Part shown: positions 1 to 13,710 of the stretch, piece by piece
Numbering within the stretch: position 1 is the first letter of the stretch
Layout of the letters: the number at the start of each line of letters is the position of its first letter
Assembly: GCA_024679065.1 (NCBI GenBank)
Contig: JAGIQG010000021.1
Location: 35,774,001 to 35,838,000 of the forward strand
DNA length: 64,000 bases
DNA from: Sphyrna mokarran
Lineage: Eukaryota
Reading direction: 5' to 3'
Notes under the pieces: generated by a model
Databases searched by the model: none
What the model was told of the DNA's origin: nothing
Seen by the model: the letters and a program-made list of their open reading frames with translations, nothing else
Made by a program: the position numbers and the translations under genes

Positions 1-3000
1 GTAGTTTAGTCCTGGCTGTATACTTTGCTCTGAGTGTTTATTTCCTCCTTCCTCAGTTTTGCCAATAAACATCTTTGCAGGGCGGCATATTGTTAAGTAA
101 GTGTCCAACATAGAACTTAAAAACCCAGAAAATAAACCTTTCATTTGTTTCAAAACAAAAGGAATCTTGCTGAGCATCAGGCCTACAAGATCAGCTGGCT
201 TCTTTTGATACAGCTGACTTCAGCTACAGGGGAAAGAAAATCTTAATAAGGAAGAAGGAATATGTGTAAAAAGAAGTTTGATGAGGAGCTTGTTTGAATG
301 ATCCTGAACAATAATTGGCAGTACACCATGTGTGGAAAGCTTACTGCCAACATGGGTGTTTGACATGAAGTTCCTGTTGGACTGAATTGCTTTTGTTTCC
401 ACCTTCAGCAGGAGATTCCTATCTCGCTCAGCCATGTTTTCCCAACTGTTGTGGCCACATTCAGTGGTGGCTGGCAGGGGCCAGGCCACCCCAGTAGCCT
501 CACTCCTCCCCTCTCCCCATGTCCCCCTTACAATTAGTCTCTGTAATTCAAAGTGAAAACAATCCACTGCTTCCCAGTGCGAGATGAAAGGAGTTTGTGC
601 AGCAGAAGTAATTTCACTGCTGTGAAGAGGCCACTCCAGGCATTGTGTCCGGTTAAGGAGTTGGAACGGGATTGGCTGGCAGGGGTTGTCATGTGATTCT
701 GCTGCTACCTGCTGTTTTTATGGTGCTTAGGTAGAGCTTGTTGGGATAACGGGCACAATAGAATACAGAGTGAAAGTAATCTTTTAATGCACAGAGGAAA
801 GTGTTTTATTTATACAAAACAGGTTCCTCCATTGCCTTCAAACCTAATTACACTTACTAAAAAGTGCTCTTCATGCTGAACATCCTCTAAAGAAATCCAT
901 TGTCCTTTGCCTCACAGTAGTCTAATTACCTAAAACTTTAAATGAGTACATTTTATGGTTTGAGATCACAGCTTTTAGGACTATATTAACTTGATATGCT
1001 GAGCAAACCACTTAAGTGTGTAAATAGCACATAAATGTAGTCATGCTGGACAGTTGTTAGGAGGTCAAGCAAAAAAGAGGAGATAATAAATTACAATAAT
1101 TCTCATTTGGAATTTTACAAATATTCGCACTTCTGTAAAAATTAAAGATTAATAACACAAATATAGATAAAAATGAAATAGAAGTCAGATTCTTACAAGC
1201 ATTAGCCAGTTCTGCACCTCAACTTTCAATAAAAAAAGTTGAACCCAAACTATGTCCAAATTCATGCTCTACAAACAAACCTAAACAAAGACTTCTAATT
1301 GTTTATCTCAGTGTCACAGGTTTTGGATGATTCTGTTCTGGTAGAATCCTTCCACAATTTACAGTGTTTTTGAAATAGTAACTAACTCTGCAAGGGCAAG
1401 TTCCGAAGTGAGAGAATAAGTGTTTTGTAAGCTAAATGCTTCAATGTGCTTCCAACTATCAAAATGGCTTTGGCGTGCTGCAACCCCTGAATGCCTTTTA
1501 ATGCAAAGTTATTTCCAAAGGCAGAGAAGCGATGTGTAACCTAACATTAAACCTGTCTAGCCTTAAAGTCTGTTCAGAGCAGAGGAGGTGGCAGTCAAGC
1601 AACTAAAGAGAAAACGAGGTTTGGTTACTTTGTTCTTTAAACTGCAGGATATTAGTCTGACCTTTCCCAGAATGCTGCTGGTCCAGTTGTCCATTAATAC
1701 GTCCAGAATGGAAGGCTAATGAGGCATTTGGGTCAAGAGCTTGCAAACTAGGGAAACAATCGGGGTCAAAAACTCCAGTAACATTTTTTTTAAAAAGTCT
1801 TCAGTGGGTGTGCAACAAAGAAATGCAGAACAAGATAAACAAAAAAATGGGCAGCTACAATCATGTCTTTAACCCAAAAAGATCCTTTGTCTTATGGATT
1901 GACTGAATGACACAGAGCTTGCACATCAATAGAAAATAGAAGATAATGCAGTATTTGTATTATTACTTTGCAGTTCTGAATTCAATGTTGCACAGATCCA
2001 ACATCTGTGTAGCCATTTCAAATCTCAATGTTCTTGTTAATTGTAAGGGGCAACAATCTTAGCTTCACACTGAAACCTGCATAAGTTTTCAAAATACAGG
2101 CAAATGCTAAGAAGTTACGTTGCAAATTTACAAGCTGAGCAGATAATCTGAATATTAAAAATAAAGCACAATTGGATAAAAAGTTTAAACCTAAAGCTGT
2201 GAAACAAATGCAAGACTCAATATTGCATTTATCTCATTCTATGATGGTTCTTGCCAAGTAAGGCAATAAGTGATACTAATCAACTCAGCAAAACTCACTT
2301 GCTGATAATGGTTATACTTTTGCAGTTTAGCTGCTATTCAATTTGATTATAGAATTAAATTATATTTAATCTGACTGAAACCTAAGCACTAAAGGTACCA
2401 TATCTTTGTTCCAAACTCTTTTCTAATGTCAAATCTGAATTTTAATTTTAACAGATTTACCTACAGTTAACTGATCACCTTGGTGTGTTTAAGTAGACTT
2501 CACGTTTGGACCAACTAATTTATAATAAGATTTCTACAAATTGGGTGAGTGCAATTATTAGAGAAATATTTTTAATCTAGCTTACCAGGGAAGGGAATTT
2601 CCATTTTTAAAGCTATGTTTTATAGGTGACCTGGCTTATAAGAGTATTTTCACAATATAGCGTGAAACCACAACAACCACTGTAACCCTCAACTGAGAAA
2701 CTTCAACAAGCACAATTAAGTCAAGTGGAAGGGAGTTCCCTACAATTCAGAAAAAATGATAGCATCTATTGCATAGCACCTGTGGTATCACAAAGTGAAC
2801 ATGAAGGCAAATGTATTATTGTGGGAACCTGTAAACCTGCATTAAGTGCTGGTCTCAGTAATAGACCTACTGGTGCTGTACAAAAGGTTTGGTCAGTTTC
2901 AGGGTAGCTGCTTTAGGACAGCGGCATTTAGACAACTTAAAAATATCATCTAACACCTACTAAGTTACTGATATGTAGATAATGTAATGATTCATGCCTT

Positions 3001-6000
3001 TGGTCACACAAATATTATTCAGGTCCTTACACAAAATTTTCAGATCTTCAGGTAGTCTCTTCCTAGTTGATAAAGTGTGGCTGTCAATTGTAAGTAGATT
3101 GACAGTCACTTTATCATCTGTTGAAGGAATCCTGAAGATTTTGAAAATCTCTGTTATCAGTTACCTCAATTGTTACATTGTCTTTCTTTTACAGTATCAA
3201 CATCAATATGTAGTTCAGTTAGTAGGTCATTAATTAGACACAAGAAATGTATTAGATGGGGTATTGATCACAATTGGTGTGCTTGATTGGCTTGCTATGT
3301 TTTGACATCTTAACCTAATCTGAAAGACACATATTGAGAAACATTCTTAATGCACTAAGCAGTTGAGAAAAGAAATTTTGCAGTCAGGGCTGCTTCAGTC
3401 ATCAATGATTCATATAGGGTTTACGGCAATTTAAGCAAGGGTGTGGGAAAAATTTGTTCAACTACGTCTACTGTTAGGAAAACTTCCCTGTCAAGTTTTT
3501 AAAATGAATTATGAATTCTGCAAACCAATTTCTCTTGCAAATTTGTTTTGAGGTCCAGTCACTATCTGTGGGTTTGCTTTGTGACTATCAGGAGCGCTTA
3601 GAAGCACTGTGCCATCCAATCTGAAAAGCTACAGCTGTCTGAAACAAATTCTCTTTTTTTCAATAATGTGCAAGTAGGAAAGGCCATCAAAAGTGCAGCA
3701 ATTGAACATTTTGCAGTAATGTCCTCCTGCCTCCTTAATGCAATAAGGTTGAAAAACATTTGAATTCCATGCCAAATGGAATAAAAAGAATGAAATGTGG
3801 CTTTTGCTATTCACATTCCCCCCAAAAATCCGCTACAATGAATGTTTAATGAGACAGAATCAATCTTTACATTCTTCAACTGATTGTCCTTATCTTATCT
3901 ATAACTTTAAAACCAGCTCATGTCCTGTATTTTATTCTCCTGGTCAGGAGAACATTGGTTCAGGCGGGTTAATTAATTGTAACTGCAAATATAAAAGGCT
4001 CAATTTCTGTAAAACAAACACCAGACTCACTCTGGTACAGATACATGATATACAACCAATTAAACCGACAATATCTGGGCTTTTTGCAACAACCTGTAGA
4101 TAATCTGAGACAGGCTAATTGCTCTGAAATATGATAACTAAACTGAAAATACATTTCAACTGTACGAGCAATTAGAATTGCTCATAATGAGTCTCATAAT
4201 GGTCACACATACACAGCTACTCACATTGTGAACATAGTCACATGTAATGGTAATTATTGGAACTTTAAGGAAATACTGGACTTAATGGAATTAAAGTCAA
4301 TAGGAAATAGCAATGGTGAAATTTCATGCAACACAATGTGCCAAATTATATTTTGTTATCCCTCCTATTTGAACAAATTTAAAAAGGTCTCTTAACCATT
4401 CAGTTAGCTGTTCGATATCAGAAAGTTGATGACCAACCTTGACCTGTATTTACAAAACACATATGTAAATGTAACTCCCTTGACAATTAATAGCAGGTAC
4501 AGATCCAGCTAACACGACGGGAGTAATTGTCTCCAGGTACAAGCGTTATATTGAATATATCTGGTTGTTAACCTACAAGTTGCCAACATAGAAGTGGGAA
4601 TACCTGGAGATCAATGAGACAATGCAGTTTTACTGCTTTCTCAGGGATAATCCTTTATTGGCATAAATCGAAAGTGAATATTAGCTTGATAAATTGAGAA
4701 ATGCCTGACCAGTTGGTTGACAAATTTAAAAGTTTGTCAAACTTGATTACAATTTCAAATCTTCTCACTTATTGAAGTTATATTGTACGAGGATTCAAAT
4801 CTCAATAAAAATAAGCTCCTTGCAAAGATCAATTTAAGGGCCATTAAACGCCCCTCAGTACAAAGTAGAAAACAACTTATGCTCTAGAGTCAAACAAAAA
4901 CATAGTGGATCTGTGATTTTATACTTGAGGGTGAGACTGCTAGCCAGAAACCTTTCTAACTCAGTAGATTCCCGTTTCCCATCCCTTGAGATGCGTCAAT
5001 GTATGTGTCATTCTAGCATGGACCAAACTGATATAACTTCCTTAGTCTGGACGACAATGTGAATCTTAACATTAAATCGGCATAGAAGAGGCTCGGTGAT
5101 CACACATATACATCTATTATTTGCAGAGTGGAAATCTCTCAGGAGTACACTTATGTGGTACGTCCACAATATGAATGGTATCATTTGCAAGGATCCGGAC
5201 TTGGGGGTTTATTTACCGACGGGATTCCAATCGGGTGATAACAGCTGATCTTACTAATGAAACAAGGAAGCCTCCCCTCTCCTTTCCTGTTCCCTCTGCT
5301 CCATATGTTAAGTGACAACCACAGCCATGTCTTATCAATTACAACCCCTACCCCCCATTCACTCACTGGAGAGCACAGATCCTCCTTTAAGAATCTGTTG
5401 GGAAACAAATGGATGTGGCTTTGTGAAAGATGGCTTCCTCTTCCCTATAGTGAACTTCTAAAAGATACTTTAGAGGCGATTTCTGATTTAATCTTTTCTT
5501 CCTCTGCCGCCAGAAAGGGAAGTGATTGGAACAAAGGAATGGCAGCGAAAGAAATACATTTTTCCCCAAATAAAGACCAACATTTGGTAGTCATTCAGAA
5601 AGCCGACACATGTCTTGAGGGGTGGGGGAGGACAGTAATGGCAGAACAATTTGTTTTCCTTCCAAAGATGACAGTGCAGATGAGTTACATTAGACAGACA
5701 CCGTACGCCACGACCAGTGATGTTTGCTTAGTTCTTGTTTTAGATCCGGTGAAGTTTCTGATGCTTCAACTTCAACTAGTTTTTCCAGTTAATTTTAATA
5801 AAACTTGTGTGCTGTGGGGCTGGGTGTGTGGAGGAGAGGGATTGGTGAGCTTCACTGAGGGCATGGCTCTGTACTAAATGCTTTGACAATTGGAACACTT
5901 GGGGATGGTCCAAGCAGTTCCCTAAAGGCGGATCAGAGAAAAGGGGCTCCGCCAACCGCGGCAGAAGTGAACCAATCAAATATTAATTGAGAAACGGAAT

Positions 6001-7400
6001 AAGTATTTAACCTCAAATCCAGTGGGTTAGTGGGTTCTGGTTACATCAGCGTTTGGTTTTTCTTTCGCGAAGATATACTTTATTGGTGTAGAATCTGAAA
6101 GATACACTGCAAAACATATCAAGTTGTAAGGTGAGGAGAGAGGGGAAGACTAGTTTCGATCTACATATTCATTTGGGATATAATGATTACATTCAGATTA
6201 ATATAACAGGATGAACAGGAGGGCCCCGGCATTTGTAGATAGATTAGTGTGGGATGAGTTTCGCAGGCCTACTCAGGCGAAAAACAGAAAAACACAATGC
6301 TTTTGAGTTGTCTCTCTCTCTCTCCCACCCCATTTGTTTGTGCTCTTGTTGAGATTGGTCACCACTTGTGTGAGCTGTGAGATGGGAACCTGGTGGTGGC
6401 AGCACTCACACAGAATGAAGCTGCCATCTGTCTGGGCAACTCACAGGACATGGCCAAAGATCTGCCTCGCCTCCCACCGTCAGATCGCCAGCTATTTTTA
6501 ATATTGGGAAAAAGGACGAAGCTTTAACCCATCCCCCTCTTCCACCCCCCCCCCCAACAAAAACCTGACCTTCAAAAAAGTAGAATAAGCGTTTCTTTTT
6601 AAATAGACAGCCACTTTGCGAAAACTTTCAACTCATTTTAGAATTTTGATAGCTATGAAAAAGTTATTTTATTTGTTTTAGAAAGGTTCATATTCAAACT
6701 GTCATCCAATTACTTTCTGGAGTAAAAATGCTCCCGTGTGGCAATCGATAGAGCAAATACAGAATAACATGCACACTGAAAAACTGCCCCTTTTTGTATG
6801 TACATTTACTGTGGCTTAACTAAACTATCGTTAATTACCATTCGGGTCAGAACACCCCGGATTTTCGGGTCTGGATTTAAAACAAACAGACTACAAACTA
6901 AAAAATGGTCGCCGACATTTAGATAACTTTTCCTTTGCTAAGTTGTTCATTATCATCGTTGATAAATTACTAAACTCTTACTCCCCCAGTGTCAGAGTTT
7001 AGTAGGCGCTTGATGTTGGAGCCGGAATCGCAATTATTCTCTTCTGGCTAAATAACCGAAGTAGCCGGCTATCTCCTGGCAGATGGGCACTTGTTTGTTT
7101 CTTTTGCCTCCTCCGTCCAAAATTTGGGAATTAGAGGGGGGCGTGGGGGAAAGAGAGGAAATAAACAAATGTTCTGTGTTGTGACAGTAAACAGTTAGGG
7201 CAAAACTCTGCCCCAGATCCCAGAACGCCCGCCAACTCCAAACGGCGACCAGTCAAGGAACATATTTCCCTGTAACTGATTCACCATCCTGTGCAGATAG
7301 TGGACAAGCAACAGTGAATGAGAGCGGGATGGAACGGAAGCAAAATAAAAGCAGGATTTACTTACACCAATTCATTCATCTAATTGTGTCTGGGCGAATT

Positions 7401-7445
7401 AAAGTTTATTTATTAGTCACAAGTGAGGCTCACATTAACACTGCA
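7401..7445 (-). mobile_element. 3' tail fragment of V-SINE type B
   Basis: aaagtttatttattagtcacaagt...cacattaacactgca matches the tail of the full copies (e.g. 56711-57007). Confidence 0.65.
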
Positions 7446-10400
7446 TCTGAATATTCATGAATAACTTTGACCAGATGACATATTTTCTATCGATTTAATA
7501 ATGGGAGTGATTGAGTATTGGAATTAAAAATAACATCTGTACAATTCAGAATCTGCTTAAAGTTTGTAATTAATGATTTTGTGCGGCGCTAGCTTGAATA
7601 TTAATACAACAATTTTCTCTGCCTTATTGGTCAACAGCTACTTGATACAGGAAGGATATATCAGAAACGCTTCAAAATTTTCTCCCCTTATTCTAGGTCT
7701 CTGTCGAAGGGACATCCTTAGTGTAAAACTGGAGAGTTCTGTGCTAAATCCAATGACAGGGACTGGTAATTAGATGTTCCTTGCAAGAGGATCTGAACTT
7801 GTCAAACACTCCCCCAGGACTGTGACTGCAGTTTGGTTTCAGACAGAAGTACTGATAACACCCGGAGAAGGATGCACACGTCTCTGCCGACTTGTTTTCT
7901 TTTCCTCTCAATGTTTTCGGCTAATGTTGATTTACTTTGCATTCGACCCAAAGAGCAACAACTGAGCTGGAAACGGCGCAGTTTGAGCCCAGCGCCGAAC
8001 TGAGAGTAAAGTTTGCGACATTTCCAAACATCGGGTGGAAGAAATTCTGAGCATTTGGTTGGTTCCACTCATTTACCAAGTAAAAGGGACCCAGAACAAA
8101 TAAATGAGAATCGATCCCCCGCTTAATATGCGCCAAGTTACCGCGTACTCAATGACCCAGTGTCCTGCTCTAATGGAAATGTCGAAAATACAGAAAAGTA
8201 ATTTGTGCCCAATAGTAAAATCTGTTGGAATCCTAACAAAATAATTCATAGGCTCCAGACTGCAAGGTGTGAAAGTCCCTTGATTGGTCCCTGATCAATT
8301 GCTTCGTTGATTCTGCTGGGATTTTATGACATTATTTGTCCATTTTTAAAGAGGTTTAAAATCATTGAAACGGCGGCACTGTGTCTTCGGTTACATGTTC
8401 TCTTGGACGCCGTTAAACAAAATTCTTCCCTTCGGGTCAATTAAGTAAATAATCCATAAATCCATAAATATTTTTAAAAACAAATCGGATTTTAACGACT
8501 TTTAAATTGTGCAATTCATCACGACATTTTAGAAGGTTCCTATTCGCGCGTCACTGTGAGGACTGGGTAGAAGGATTATATACATATTTTAAAAGCCTCT
8601 GACATTTTTATTGCACTGCAGTCAAAAGCGGAGAGAACTGAAAACAAGAAACGTTCTCATACTCCCCGCATCTTTTGAAGGAAAGGAGTATTTTATCAGG
8701 CAGAAAACTTCACATCAAAGTCTCTCCCTCCAGGCAAGCATTTGTCTGAGAGAGAGACAGAGCAGAATAAACCCCCATCAGATTCGGCAGATCCCTGATT
8801 TTCACACCTTATCATAATTTGATTCATTTTTTTCGAAAAGAATGAATCAAAGGGATGGGATTTTCCATTATCAGGTGAAATTAAACCAGCTCTCCCTTGA
8901 CGTTTTTGAGAAGACGATCGAGCCTGCGATTTATTTAAAGATTGGAGCCATTACGAGAAGGATGCCTCACTCCCACTCGGCTGGGGAGGGGAATAAAAGT
9001 GCAACACCAAAAGTGCAAAATCAGTACACCTCTCATCTCCTTCACCCCCAAAGTTTAAAGCAAACCTACAAGGTATAAATGTGTCAGAAAGGGAACACGG
9101 ACAGTGCATTCAATTTAATTCCTGTCTCTCGTCCATCCCCATACAGCCATCGGGCCGACGGAAGGGAAAGAATTTTAAACATTTGTGGAGAGGATTAGTC
9201 CTCACTAAATACAAGTGAATTTCCAGTAATTATTGTCAATCATCTGATCAGAAGAGCCGGTTTCGAGAGGTTAATGTTTAAGTGTCTAATCAGGGAACTG
9301 GTTACATTGTTGAGATCTGAACTCTTCCGAAGTTCTGAGACATGTAAAGTAGTGAGAAGGATAGTTGCCTTTTTTCAAACTGCGGATTAGATGTTAGGTG
9401 AGGCGCCAGGGTGCTTTCCTGTGTCCCCGAGTAAGGGTTGAAAGCCAAGAGGGGAACATCCCCAAGTTACACCATCATTCGGATGCCCCATCAACTGCAG
9501 CTCAGCGAGCAAAGGGGAACATTGGGAGTGATCTTCAGCTGGGGGCCCCTGTAACAGGGCTGGGCATCAAAACTCTCCTGTGAAGACTGCATTCCCAGGA
9601 AAACGGCGGCGGCTTTCCCCAGAAAGAGCAAAAACTCCCGTTTCTCTGCATCGCGATTTATTCCCAGGACTTGAATTACCCAGCCCGTTTCCTGACTTGA
9701 GCTACAGAGTCCGCTGGCTTTCACCTTTTGAACCGACACAGTATCTTTTTTTCCTGGCCCACTATAGAGATCTATAAAACTAAAAGCAAACTGCCCTCGG
9801 CCTCCTACAGTTTGAGCCTAATGAGTTTTGCACCATAATTCATTTTAATGATCTTTCTTTCGCCTTTGCCATCCACCCCATTGAGGCTGAAGTCACTCCC
9901 CGTGTACACTGAAAGGGTGATCATTCCAGCTCAACCTGGACTCAAACTCCCGACCAAAGAAAACTCAAAAATTAAGCAGTTACTAATCTCTCATCCATTG
10001 TCGTGTGACTTCATATAAAACACACGCTGACACACCACAAGTCCAATTCTAATTTCAGACCAGGGTTTGCAGTGGAGTTTAGGATATAAACTGTTTGAGG
10101 GGTGATGGTGGAGTTGGTGAAATATCTTCTCTGCTAATGGCAAGCGGCAGGATATCTATAATAACTTTTGTATCATTTCGCACACATTTTTCTCTTCTAA
10201 CTGTGACGCCATTCGCCTGCCGGGTATAAAGTATCTAACCCCGCAAGCCGGGGCTGTATATGAGTCAATTCGAAGGTTAGGAGTGTACATTTACGGGAGC
10301 TTTGTGAAACTGAGACATGGAAATAATACACGCACACATGTGCTAGATTTTACACACATACTATATTATATATTCCACTGAGGTCAACTTCCCCCAACCC

Positions 10401-10981
10401 CTACGATTAAAACACAAGCCCTTCTTCCGAGAGCAGGGATATAAAAATCCCAAGCATGGTAAATCTGATGTGGGGAGGGCGGGTGTGGAGATTTAGGTCA
10501 GATTCATTACATGGAGCAGAAGAATCATCTATCCATTGTTTAAATCTGGTCTCTGCTTAACTGCTGAGCACAAGGTGCTAAAATATGTCGGCCTCAACTC
10601 ATTCTGTTTTTTTCAGGACTGGAAGGGGGATTGAGGCTGAGTGAAGAGTGAGGGGGGAGGGGAGGATACCCAGAGATTTGGTTGGATAGAAGGAAGATTC
10701 CGCCTGTTGGAGTTGGAGGGGGGGAGGGGAGAGAGAGTGGTGTCCCAAACCCTTTGGACATAACGCTGTTGCTTTTACAGGGAGCTCACAACAGCCTCGA
10801 TGTAAAATGTAAATGTCTAAAATTCTAACTGCAGTTCCCAGTAGGAATCACCCCCCCCCCTCCGCAAAATGTGGACAGGAATGGAGGGTAACTCATTGAT
10901 AAGAAGGTTATATCAGCCTCCCTCCCCCCACAGTGTTTCAGCATCACCCCTCTGCTCTCCCAGAGCAGCAGCTTGTACTTA

Positions 10982-11659
<678 letters not shown>

Positions 11660-11759
11660 CTTTTAGCAGAGTTCTGTCTCTGTGTGTGTGAGTTAAGCAG
11701 AGTTGTGTCTCTGTGTGTGAGCCTCCTACCCGGCTCCTGATGCCTCTCGCTGCTAATTC

Positions 11760-11970
11760 CCCAAACTCAGCCGGAGCTCCGGCCTCCCTGATATAAAAAG
11801 GGGGGCCGCAGTGCCGGCGCCTGATTGACATCTCCCTCCACCAACCAGACACCTTCATACATATTCAACAGCTCGGGGGCTCCTCCAACCAGAGGCGGCT
11901 GGGGGTGGACCCAGCCCCGCCCCTGCGGGCCATTCCGTCTCCTGATTGGCTCCCAGGCCATGAGTCGGAA
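11760..11970 (-). promoter_or_regulatory. Putative hs3st3b1 core/proximal promoter
   Basis: GC/CpG-rich stretch with a TATA-like AT island (11791-11799), a PBX/MEIS-like TGATTGACA (11822-11830), a GC box GGGGCGGGG (~11915-11923) and an NF-Y box GCCAATCAGG on the minus strand (11941-11950), 270-430 nt upstream of the ATG. Confidence 0.65.
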
Positions 11971-12014
11971 TCATCAAAGGCAGCAGCCCGAGAGCTGTGC
12001 TCTGTGAGAGAGAA

Positions 12015-12645
12015 ACATCCACCTGGCGCTCCATCCCTCCACCTTCACCCTCGCTTTGTAACACCCCCCCACTCCAACCCCCCCTTACACTCCCACTCCC
12101 TCCTTCCTCAACCTCCTGAGCCCCAACTCCTCTCTCACACTCTCCCACCCGCACCCTCATCCCCTCTTATCCGCACCTCCCCTCCTACATTCTCACTTCC
12201 TCCTTCCCCAACCACCCCCTCCTACCCCAACACACACACCCACTCCCTCCTTCCCAGGACCACCCCTTCTGAGCCCCAACCCCTCCCTCACGCCCTTCCC
12301 CATCTTACCCTTTCTCCCCACACCCACCCCCTTCCCAACCCCCTCCCCAACCCCCTTCCCCAAACCCTTCCCCTCTCTCCCAATCCCCTTTATTCCCCCC
12401 CCGACCTGCAGTCCCCAACCCCCAGCTTCCTTCTCTATTCCACCCTCCTTCCACGCTCTTCCCATCACCGGCCCCCTCCCTATTTCCATCCCAGCTCCCC
12501 TCCTCACCCCTTCCCCAGTCCCCTCCCTCTGCTCTCTCCCTACCCCCCAAACTTCCTCCTCCCCCCACCCCTCATTCTCCAACCCCCCCCAACTCTTCCG
12601 TCCCCCCACCCTTAAATAACTCCACCCACCCCACCCCACCCCTCT
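12015..12645. repeat. C-rich low-complexity tract (G-rich on minus strand)
   Basis: About 630 nt of CCC/CCCC runs separated by A/T, with almost no G on the + strand. Confidence 0.9.
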
Positions 12646-13579
12646 GTCTCAGAACCCACCCGTCAATTATAAATTGCTAAAATAATTCTGGATTTTTTTT
12701 GGTCCACTTTAACCCATGATAAACCAGAACCCTGTCAGCCTCATTGCTGGAAATGATGGATTCCTCTTCTGAAAGGTCATTTCTATTTTACCCGGAGATG
12801 AGACCCTTTCTAATTGTGTGGAGCCGGACTGTAAAATTCCACGCTGGGGTGGAGTGGGGGTTTCTTAAAGTCCAATCTCACCCACTTAAGGAATCGATGT
12901 GGACGGTGCGGTGGAAAGAGCGGCGAGATTAGAAATTATAAATAGACTGGGTAATCGGGATGTTACAGAGAAATAAAACAGGTTGTAAAATTCTTTGTGT
13001 TGGCCCCATTAGAAGGACCTCTGACAACGCCACCTATTGATGGTGTGGAAGACGAGGGGGGCGGGGGGGGGGTGCTTAATCTTAAAAGTTCTTAAAAGTT
13101 GTTAAAACGAACCAACAAGAACAAGAAATTGAAATCTCAGATTAAAACAACATTGCTGCACATTATCGTATAACGGGAGGCTCTCATCATCAGTGCCGCC
13201 GCCTTTATTCAAATATTCCTATTACTGAAACATAGCGTGTACAATATACATAATATTGAAGCAGTGCTTTGATATCAGTTATCGTTCTGGAGCCGTGAAA
13301 GCCAGGGTTAGTCCCAGTGGTATTTTGGGACAACGATTTCGCAGCAAAAATGCACAGGTTTCGAAGTGAATTACAATGTGGGGAGTTGCATCAATATACT
13401 AAACTGCATTGTTAGAAGTAAAATCGTGTAACAATTAACCTGTCAAATTGAAGTGGATTTATTAAGTTTCCGTATTGAGTCCCGTGCCTTAGTTTACAAG
13501 TATTTCGATTGGACTCAGTTCGAAAGAGATAAAAGCTTTTCGAATTGTCATTAATATCTGGATTGTTTCATTCTTCCCA

Positions 13580-13710
13580 TGATTTGATTTGACTTGATTT
13601 ACTAGTATCACATATACTGGGATACAGTATTGTTTCTTGCGCGCTTCATATCAGACAGGACATACCGTTCATAGAGCACATAGGAGAGAAGGAAATGAGG
13701 GTGCAGATGT
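13580..13710 (-). mobile_element. 3' end of Rex1/Babar-like LINE
   Basis: Reverse complement resembles 21620-21830 (caagaaacaatact...gtgatactagtaaatcaa) with an (AAATC)n-like tail. Confidence 0.5.

Noticed and set aside
5257-5877. 206-aa ORF antisense in hs3st3b1 intron 1
   Set aside because: No recognisable domain or coding-like composition.
11905-12639. Long Pro-rich and Gly-rich ORFs (236, 148 and 87 aa)
   Set aside because: Artefacts of the stop-poor C-rich tract, with no splice or domain evidence.
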